From: Trichinella spiralis | Lineage: Eukaryota | Assembly: GCF_000181795.1 (NCBI RefSeq) | Contig: NW_003526940.1 | Location: forward strand, 2,929,011 to 2,982,182 | Length of the DNA stretch: 53,172 nt | Reading direction: 5' to 3' | Part shown: positions 13,049 to 23,421 of the stretch, in pieces | How positions within the stretch are numbered: position 1 is the stretch's first letter | Layout: each line of letters starts with the position of its first letter | Program-made: the position numbers and the translations under genes | Notes under the pieces: model-generated | Databases searched by the model: none | Seen by the model: the letters and a program-made list of their open reading frames with translations, nothing else | What the model was told of the DNA's origin: nothing

Positions 13049-15323
13049 ATGCTTGTTAATGGAGACTGCTTTATAATGCGCTTTAGGTGGATTTTTGTTT
13101 TATGCTTCTCTTTTCCAAGGTATTCAGTAGCTACATCAAAATGTTATGGTTTGAATGGTGCTGCGCCAGCAGATTGGTAAAAATTATTTTTTAACTTTCT
13201 GTTTGTTCTAAACGCCGATGCAGAATATGCGTAGCGTCTCCCTGTGAAAGCAAAGAGAACATTTTCACTTAAATGTAATATATAAAACATTAATAACCAT
13301 AGAAGCTATAGCAGGAAACTAATGATATCATTCTAATTCTACCATGTAATCATATCCATTATTTTCCGAAGAATTTCAAATCATTGTGAATATTTTATTT
13401 TAACAGAAAAGAAATAGTGGATTTTTGAATAATTTAATTGCTTTACATGCACGTTTGCAAGATCCATGTAAAAATAACTTGCAAATAAACAGCAGCGGTA
13501 TTAAGCTACTGAAGTGATTAGCGTACAATGGCAGCAAATGTCAAATACGTTTTTGTGCTGCTGATAATTCTTTCTCCTTAGTTATGTTAAGGAGGAACGT
13601 GTCTTGAGCAATAGTTGAAATGTTCCAAAAAGTTAATTTTACATCTTCTTAATAAACAAAACTTTTGCTGCATTAGGTTTTGTAGATAACATTTATTAAT
13701 TATAAAAAAAATAAAAATTATGAAACGATTAACAAGAGAATTCACTAACTCATCACTTATTCTATATAGGGTTGTTATATACAAAGCTCCAGCTCAAAAT
13801 AGAGGAAAAGCATTGATTGCGGGCGCTAACCCTAATGCATGGCAAAATACTCAAGATCTTACGGGGCCTAATGGACATGCAGTTGTAAAATCACTTGAAC
13901 ATGTCATTATGGCAGATGCAGCAAACAAATTTATTGCCTACAGCAATATTCCACCGGATGTTCCGAAAGTGAAAACAAAATCAAATAGCAAAGGTAACAA
14001 CAGTAAACGTTAAAACAAGAAATGGAAATTTTTATAATTATCATTTTACTTAGGTGTGCTAATGATGAATCCACAGGCCCTAGATGAAGCATCATGGATT
14101 GTTCACACAATACCAGGATTCCCTAAAGCGTTAAGAGGATACGTATTTCCACCTGCAGAAATTCAGAAAGGACATTTGTTTATTTGTCTGACAATTAAGG
14201 AAAGTGAAATTGATGCAATTGGTAAATTTATTTGCATGAAAAAGATTACATTTACGCAGAACTATTTGGAAGATGCTTCACATTTCATGCAAAAAAAGAA
14301 TTTGAAGCAAATATGTTTGAATAATAATTAAATATAATAAATGCATGCAATTTCTAGCAATGTCCTTGAGAATTGCAACTCCACTGATATATCACAATGA
14401 TATACCAGATGATCCAGTTCGACCAAATCTGAAGAAATTGGTTAATGGTGAATCAAGATTAACACCACCGTTAACAGTGACACGGCAAATTTCAACAGCA
14501 GCTGCTCCAGGACTGAAAGTGACAATATATAGTAAAGGTGAAAAATCAAAATATGGTAAGTTACATGTGTTACTGCTAAATTTTCAGAACAAACATCTGG
14601 CCGAATTTTGCTCTGCTGATATAAATCTGCTTTCATTCGTCTTTTGTATTACAGTAATAGTATATGTAGCAAACAAAAAAGTTTGCTGAAATTCATGATT
14701 ATAATTTGATCCTGAGAAACACTTTGTGCGGTAAAGAAAATTTTCAGAATTTTTTTTACAGAAATATAGGATGTTTTTGTAAAACGCTGTTATAATCAAC
14801 GAAATGAACAGAATGCATTTTTACAGTTGTAAGGTGTGCATTTTTAAAATGATCTCATCATATGCATTTGAATGGATAAATAGCACGTCTCTTATTGCAA
14901 TTTGCTCTGAATTTAATGTAAATTTCAAAAAGAACTAATTACAGAGATTTACCGAAAAGTACTTGTGAAGAAATTAAAGACAAGCATCAAAGTTTGGACA
15001 ACAAGAGATAAAATATTGAAAACTGACTGTCGGATTTTGGACAAAAGTATAAAATTGGTAACGAGTCCTATTAGAATCGGTGACCATGCAAGTTCTCTTG
15101 AAAATGATGTCTCTCAATGGTTAATTAGTGAACCAGGAAACAAATTTTGTGTTATTGACAAACCTTACCATGTAAATTTGTAATAATTGAAAAGCAATTG
15201 TAGAACAATATGTTTTTTTAGAAAAGTCAAACAAAAGAGCCAGCAATGGCGGTTTGCATTGATGATGCTACAATTTTTGGTCTTTTCAATGTAATTGGTC
15301 AGAATGTAGAAAATTGCGCATGA
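13049..15323 (+). CDS. DNase II-like secreted protein, copy F, 348 aa
   Basis: Exons 13049-13176, 13770-13993, 14054-14221, 14358-14555, 14945-15171, 15222-15323 (1047 nt, GT..AG, open frame). Confidence 0.92.
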
Positions 15324-16013
15324 AGCCACAAGGCTGATGATCGAACTCATTTTATATATGATAACTTCAAATGAATAAAATGGAAAGAAAATTTACTGCA
15401 TGCACCTAAAATTTAACTAAATACATTTAAACATCAACGGTCAACTACAACCATATTTTTATTCTTGGTTTTCTAAGTAGTTTATTAAGTTTTTAACTCA
15501 ATCAAAATGTTCAAAGCAACCTTTCTGTACTGAGCAATTTTATGCAAATTAGAATACTTTAACTGAGATTGAACAGATCGGTTTCCGTATGCATTGACCA
15601 TTACTAATGTTATATCTGTCAATTTTTCGTTTGAATAATTGAAAATTCTACGTTATTTAATTTTCTGTTAATTTTCATTTCATAGAAACATATTTCCATG
15701 TGCTATTGCGCATTTGCCAACAACCGAAATCATATTCTTATTATTCAAAACAATTTGATAATATGTAAGTAAGGAATTCATATTGCAAAGTGCTCATTTT
15801 GGAAAATAAAACTGATGTTAACGGTATGCATATTTTTCAAAGCATTCCTTGTCTTCAATATACAAAGCATATAAAATTCATTTAAAATAAGTATTCATTT
15901 GATATAATTTATTCTGGAAATAAATTTTTCTCTTTAATATGATATTTCAACAAATAATCAATTTCGATCACATTTTACTGGACATATTGCTCCTCACAAT
16001 CACAACCTCATAT

Positions 16014-16923
16014 CCCTACGGTTATTATAAGGGGTTTGGTTGGACCCCAGCAACGGAAAACTAAAAATACCTCAGAAGTTGATTTCCAGCTGAGTTGAAT
16101 CAAACGTTGTGCAGTAATTGTTATAGGCCAGGTCAACAACCTTCAGCCTGAAGGATTTTTTGAAAGCCCAATAGCAGTTTGTGTGTGATTAATTTTCTTT
16201 TGTTAGTATGAAGAAAAGGCATTGACGTCACATGGAATATCAGAAGTTGATCTTCAATAATAGATAAAATGAGAAATCAGAACAAATGTTGCAAAAGATC
16301 GTAAACTAGCATTAGCTAATTACTGACCAATCGCGAGCAATCTTTCAGAGAACAGTAGATCACATGAAATTTCGTTAGTAACAGATATTTCAGTCATGAA
16401 TGTCTACAATTTTTTGTCGGAGGCAGAACAGAACAGCGAGTTTAAAACAGAGATAATATCAGATGATGAAGATATCATCCTTTCTGATTTCTCTGAAGAA
16501 AAATTAAAAGGAACAAGAAGAAAATAACTATGTTGTCTATATTTGCGTGCACGCGCATATTTGAATTAGAAATTTCAAAAAGGAAGCGGTATCTTTGACA
16601 GTAGGTGACTTGTTGTACAGATATAATTCATCAGCACCGATTAGACTCACAGCTATAAACAATAGCTTGCAGGCGTGTGAAAAATAATTACACCGGTCAA
16701 TCAAGATTACATACGCCAACATCATTTTGTCTACCTTAATTATCACTACCGCGACAATAAAAATTTTTGTGAAAAAAAGAGGCTTCCGGTTGATTTTAGC
16801 TGCCACGACTTTTTTTATTGGTTCACACATATCAGCTAACGTGCAAATGCAAATAAAATAGTGGGGCCAGCCAAACCTCTTTTGGTAAAAGTTGCGTGCA
16901 AAAGTGTTTTACTAATCGTAGGG
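16014..16923 (+). mobile_element. Internally deleted piggyBac-type element upstream of copy G
   Basis: TIRs CCCTACGGTTATTA / TACTAATCGTAGGG followed by TTAA. Subterminal inverted repeats GGTTTGGTTGGACCCCA / TGGGGCCAGCCAAACC. It occupies the TTAA seen uninterrupted in paralogous upstream regions (e.g. 12790-12793). Acidic N-terminal relic MNVYNFLSEAEQNSEFKTEIISDDEDIILSDFSEEK starts at 16396. The left TTAA is lost. Confidence 0.8.
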
Positions 16924-17193
16924 TTAAATGATATTTTATTATCGGTAAAAGAATAAATTAATGGAAAATGAGTGTTCAAGTCATTTTAAAGAAAAACATT
17001 TTAGATGTAAAGCTTTATTTAAATTATTATATCTTATAAGAAAATATTTATTTACAGTGCAATGGGTAAACATTTATTTTACAAGTTTACAATCTGCATT
17101 TATTTGATTGAATAATAAATCTTAGAAAATTTACAACAACAAAAGAAGCTGCTTAATGATTTGATAGGGCAACAAACATTGACGAATTACAAG

Positions 17194-20100
17194 ATGCTTG
17201 TTAATGCAGATTGCTTCATAATGCATATTAGATGGGTTTTTGTTTTATGGTTATCTTTTCCCAGATATTCTCTAGCTACATCAAAATGTTATAATTTAGA
17301 TGGCACTGCGCCAGCTGATTGGTAAGTGATTGTCATTTTGCAATTTTCTGTTTGTTCAGAGCGTTTTGGTTTTCAATGCAGAATATGCGTAGCGCTTTCT
17401 TCTGAAAGCAAAGAAATCACTTTCAGCGTTTTTCTTGCATGTATTTCATTGAGAGTTAATAAAATACATTGATGGTGGACTCAAATTCATATAATAAATT
17501 TTTCAACACAATCATGAATTACAGCGACAGCTCTTCATAACATATTAAGCATTTGCATTTGCAATTACAGTGAAACTCGGATATAACAATGGGCATTGGG
17601 GACAGAGATTTTGATCGTCATAACCGGGTTTGCGTACATATAGTTAGTTTATTGATACATATATGGTTAAGTTTATTCGAAAACTTCACTTCTGGTGAAA
17701 AAGTCTTCCAAGGTTGTCTGACGCGTTTCGGTCTGTGATCTTTGACGAATTGTATTGTAGAGATGGCTTTAACAATTCCTTCGTCAGCACTTTCCGTAGC
17801 TTCAATAAATCGCTCCAGATGGTCAACGCAATCATTTAATTCCGGGTATGTTTTTAACGGGATACTTTCAACAGTTGCTGTATCCGTGTCAGAGTCGTCA
17901 CTGTTCTCCTGTTTGTCGCAATGGATGTCATTTACTATGTCATCCATTGTTAATACATCGGACGTAATAGCAGCGGCGTCTATATCTACATAGTCGTCAA
18001 GTTCAGAAATTTCATCAAATTGAGAAATGCTTTCCCTCCGCTTTGTACTGCTGCCTTAATGCAGGCCACACTGAATTGAACCAACTGTCAACGCTTTTAG
18101 TGTTTGAAGACCTTGCTTTGCCACACAGTCGTCCACTGCAAATGTTATGCCTAGCTTCAAACTGGTCAAGCCATCCAGTGGTGCACGTAAAATCAGTATA
18201 ACCAAGCACTGTATCAAATTGCTCAGCTTTAATTTTTAAAATTGGTCCACTGATTTGGGTTCCAGTTTTGAAATTTTGCCCTCGAAACCATTCCATCAAT
18301 GCTATCAATGTCGGTTTTCTCACAAAGCAAAACCTTTTCGCAGATGTGATGCCATTTTCATGTGCATCTAGAATAGCGCTTTGATTTTTCCAAATTATAG
18401 AAACAGTCGACTGTGATGAGCCAAACTGCTCACAAACCGAAGAATTTTTCGTACCATCATTCAATGCATAGATGATAGCAAGTTTTTCTTTCACAGACAA
18501 TGACTTCCTCTTAGCGAGACTGAGCGATATATTAAAAGCACAACGCGCAACAGCTCTGCACCGTCAGTTGCGTCACCACAGTTGTGTGACGTCATTCACT
18601 ACTACTGCAGCTTACGAAAGCTCACAATTGTTATTGATTTCTATCGTTATATCCAAGTTTCAAGATTGATATAAAAAGTGTTTTTCATGTATACCACATA
18701 GCCAAACCAACCAAGGATAAAATTTTTATCGCAGTAGCCGAGACATCGTTATAACCGAGTTCTACTGTATATCATTTTAATTTTATCATGTGTTCATATC
18801 ATTATTTCCCGTAGCAGCTCAAGTAACAGTGATTTCTTTTAGCAGAAAGGGATTTTGCTTATCCATTGAATATTTTTTTCACAAGAATGTAGTTTTTGAA
18901 TGCAACAGCTTGCAAAGAAACTTATTGTAACTTGGCGAATTATCTGAAAAATCCTGAACATGCTAGCATATGGAAATTATCTAATTTAAGCTGTTTTTAT
19001 GCTGTTTCCATACCTTTAAGTATGCTTAAACTTCTTTCATTATTTTATTTCTTACTTAGTTGAAAAACCATTTCCTATCTTATCACAACGTAAGGTTATT
19101 ATTTAAGAAAAGAATCTGATTGCTTTACTTTGTTGGGCAAGGACAAATTTCAGTGATGGCACATTATGAAATAATATTTACATACTATTACACACAATTT
19201 CAATATTTATGTGAAATCTGTATGCAATATTGCAAAATTTAATTGCTGCAATAGCATTCTAAATGCCGAATTAGCACAGTAGTTTTTTTTTGAAAATTCA
19301 AATTATATTTAATTGGAATGAAATAAAGAAACGACGCAATTCAACTGGAAAAATTAAATTAATCACCTGTGGATTCATGGTCAAGAATGCCTGAAATAAC
19401 ACTTGCACAAATTGCAACAATTGCACAAATTATTGTTGACTTGCCAACTAATGCAAATTGAAAAATTCAGCTGTTTCTGATCAACCATTTTTCAGGTTAT
19501 TAGGGTAATGCACATTTATGTAATAAAAAGTTTATGAAATTGATATACATGGAATAAAGAAAGTAAAGTTTTTTAAGCTTATTTTATTTGCTCCATATGT
19601 GCATTGGGAATATACGCACCAAAATAATTAATAAATGGACAGAAACGATATTATATTGCTGAATCAGTTAATATACGATGGTGGCATATATTAAATACAT
19701 TTTTGCGCTGGTGATAGCCCTAGTCAATCATGTTAAAACTGTAAAAGATGGTAGTGCTTTTAGCAAAAGTTTGAAGTTTTCATCCGCCAAGTCGTTTTTA
19801 CATTTTTATGTATTCTGCATATAGAAAATTTTTTCTGCTTCACATTTTATAAATAACTATTATTAATTATAATAGTATAATAAAAATTATAAAACTACTA
19901 ACAAAAGAATTTAGCTATTTACCACTTATCCTCTATAGGTTTATTGTGTATAAAGCTCCTGCGCAAAATGCAGGAAAAGCATTAATTGCAGGAGGTGGTG
20001 CCGCTGCATGGCAAAATATTGCTGATCTTACTAGGGGTGCTGGACATGCAGTTGTAAAATCACTTGAACATGTCAATGCGGCAAATCCAGAAAACAAATT

Positions 20101-21931
20101 TATTGCCTACAACAATATCCCACCAGATGTTCCCAAAATAAAAACGAAATCAAACAGCAAAGGTAACAAGAATTTGGCTTGCACAAAGAATTACATATCA
20201 GGTAATCACCATTCTGTTTAGGTGTTTTGATGATGAATCCAAGAGTCGCAGATGAAGCTTCATGGATTGTTCATACAGTACCAGGATTTCCAACAGCATT
20301 AAGAGTATACGCATTTCCACCGGCAGAAATTCAAAAAGGACATTTGTTTATCTGTTTAACAGTTAAGGAAAGCGAAATTGATGCAATTGGTAAATTAATG
20401 AGATTTGAACGCATGGAATACTTTTTCGCATGTAGTCTGTTTAAGTTTGGAATTTGATATACACAAAACGTAAAAGAAATATAATGGAATAATGATTTTA
20501 TCTAAATACATACACATAATTAATGATCTATTGCTTGTTATTGTTTAGCTATGACTTTGAGAATTGCCACTCCATTGTTATACCACAATGATATCCCTGA
20601 AAATGAGATCAATTCTCGACCAAATCTTCAAAAATTGGCTGAGGGTCGATCAAGATTTATGCCACCGTTAACAGTGGCACAAGAAATTTCAACAGCAGGC
20701 CCTGGAGGATTGAAAGTGGCAATTTATAGTAAAAGTGAAAAATCAAGATATGGTAAATCATTTTTTTATGTATTTAACACTAGAACAAAGCCTACACAGT
20801 TAGTTATAAAATGAGTCTGTTTCATTTATTCATTTATTCAATAGAAATAATACGTGCAACCAAATGAAATAACTAACCAAAAGTCGATGCAAAGCTAAAC
20901 CTCATGATCTGAGGTAAAATCAGCAGTGTTCACTTATATCAATGTATCAACCTTTAATGGGATATGAATGCATAATATTTTTTGACGTCATGTATATGGT
21001 GAATAGAACCGCGTTTTATAGTAATTAGACGTATTCAGTTAGGCTATTTTATAAATAATATATACTTTAATAAAGGTCTTATGGTGGTAATATTTAAATT
21101 TTATGTAGTTTTTAAGAAACAGATTGCTGCAAGAATTATAGAAAATGCTTGTAAAGAAGTTGAAAAATATTAAAGTTTGGAGAACAAGAAAAAATACTGA
21201 ACAGTGATTACAGAAACTTTGGCAGAAATATGTAGATGGTGATAAGTCTAATTTCTGTCAATGACCATTGCACGTTCTCTTGATGCTATTTTGTTAAATT
21301 ATTTGCCATAATAATAATTTGATACACAGCAGCGATTTGTACAGTGGAGAAGAAATTCATTTTGAGAATTGAAAATAATTTTGCAAAATATCATCAAAAT
21401 CAAAGCAATTAATAGAATACAGTTTTCTAATAGATCTTAACAGATAATCGTATGTGTTGTATTAAGATAATCTAAACATAAATTTTGAACTGATAAAAAT
21501 AACATAATATTTTTTTGCATCTCTATCTCAGTGCAAAGAAACCCATTGCAGATATTTACCGAAGAGTACTTGTGAAAAAATTGAAGGCAAGCATCAAAGT
21601 TTGGACGACAAGAGATAAAACATTGAAAAGTGATTGTCGGATTTTGAACAGAAATATAAAATTAGTGGCAAGTCCCATTGCTGTTGATAATCAAGCAAGT
21701 TCTCTTGAAAGTGATGTCTCTCAGTGGTTAATTAGTGAACCAGGAAACAAATTTTGTGCTATTGACAAACCTTACCATGTAAATTTGTAATAATTGAAAA
21801 GCAATTGTAGAACAATATGTTTTTTTTAGAAAAGTCAAACAAAAGAGCCAGCAATGGCGGTTTGCATTGATGATGCTACAATTTTTGGTCATTTCAATCG
21901 AATTGGTCAGAATGTAGAAAATTGCGCATGA
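17194..21931 (+). CDS. DNase II-like secreted protein, copy G (most divergent), 350 aa
   Basis: Exons 17194-17321, 19939-20162, 20222-20389, 20549-20752, 21552-21778, 21830-21931 (1053 nt, GT..AG, open frame). Intron 1 holds a Tigger element and intron 4 holds an exon-5 relic. Confidence 0.9.
17568..18767 (-). mobile_element. Tigger/pogo (Tc1-mariner) element, internally deleted, in intron 1 of copy G
   Basis: TA TSDs and about 24-bp TIRs CAGTGAAACTCGGATATAACAATG / CATCGTTATAACCGAGTTCTACTG. ORF 18015-18500 has CENP-B-type HTH motifs (LSVKEKLAII, LMEWF, ISGPILKIKA, GWLDQFEARHNI). An acidic C-terminal piece lies at 17618-17947. No DDE core is visible. Confidence 0.92.
21130..21285 (+). pseudogene. 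Decayed duplicate of exon 5 inside intron 4 of copy G
   Basis: CTTGTAAAGAAGTTGAAAAATATTAAAGTTTGGAGAACAAGA...AGTGATT...GGCAGAAATAT...GACCAT...TTCTCTTGA aligns by eye to exon 5, with indels. Confidence 0.7.
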
Positions 21932-22782
21932 AGGTACAAGGATGATGTCGGAACTCATTTCATATCTGAAAGCTTTGGTTGAATAAAACAGAAATAAAAT
22001 TTACTCTATGTACGTGAGATTTAACAGAATGTATTTTAGCATGAACAATTCAACAGGGACCAGATTTTAATCTTTTATGTTCAAATAATTTAGTCAGTTC
22101 AAAGCCATTCATATTGTCAAATGCAACATTTCTGTGATGAACAGTTCTATGCTAATTAGAATACTTTAGCAATGAATGAGCAGATCATTTTGCGCATGCG
22201 GTGACAATACTGATGCCATTTCAGAAAACTTGTCATTTGAAAATTTTTTCGAAGAGAAAGTGTACATTATTTAGCTGATTTTCTTTTTTTTTGAGAAAAA
22301 AATTTTTTCCCTGTGATTTGGTTCATTTGTTCAATAAATTGCAACTGAAACTACATTATCATGACTCCATGCAATTAAATACAACAGGAGTAAAAATGTT
22401 ATGCTGTAAAACGTTTGCATTCATTGTTTCAACATATTTTATCTCTCATTTGGCATTTCATTTTTGTGCATTTCCAACTTTTTAGGTCATTTTTCCTTCT
22501 TATTATTTTTTGATTTTGTGCATCATTTATAAGGGTTATCGTTTTTTGAATTTTTAGATTGTCGTTTCTTTTCACTCAGATTCACAAGCCAGCAAGAAAA
22601 CAGGCAGTGAAAAAGCAAAATTTAAAGCTCAATTGCAATAAATTGCACTTCTTACAAATATGCTCTTTGATTCAACGTTTGTGCATCATGCATGAAGTCG
22701 GTTTGGTACTACTCGGTCCCGCTTTTCTCTCATTGGTCATTACCCACGCTATTTTATTGGACCGTCAAATCTNNNNNNNNNN

Positions 22783-23421
22783 GATGAATAGGCTAACAGC
22801 TGTGGGCATTTTATTACTTGTTGATTTTTCCATCGTATTACAATCGCCGTTAAACTGGTCATCAAACAATTTCTGACACGAAAAAACTATGCATACATCT
22901 CGTATAATTGCCAGGCTGAAATGTAATTTATCGACGAGTAATCATCTGCTGTTTGAAATTCTTATGAACCAGTTTTTTATGTACTTTGGGTGATAAAAGT
23001 AGAACCCTCTGGTTGCGGATGCCAACAAAGAAAGAAATGGACTGCACCGAGCAGAAAAGCTTTTGAAGCTTCTTCATTTCACAGAGCATCATGTTCTTTG
23101 ATGGAGGTAGACCCGATTTCCCCTCTGACTCCGCCTACTTCTTCGCAGTAAAATTTCATTGGTTGCTGCTCTGACGCGTGCCTGTAAATTTCATTTGTTG
23201 TCACTCCTATGCATTTTATTTGTCAAATATTATTTCATTCTATTTGTCAAATTTTACTTTATTCTATTTGTTAAATTTTATTTCTAACCTTTTGACTGTT
23301 TTATAATAATTCTGTTGTTCTCAGATTGAGGAAAGTAAGAGAATGAAATTACGATGAAAAAAAACAATACAATACAATACAGACTGGAGCAAAATGGCGT
23401 TTTTTATCGTATTAATGTAAA
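22783..23421 (+). repeat. Dispersed repeat, near-identical to 40288-40923; interrupted by the BEL LTR
   Basis: Direct base-for-base match over about 635 bp with few differences. A partial inverted copy lies at about 47985-48330. Confidence 0.92.
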
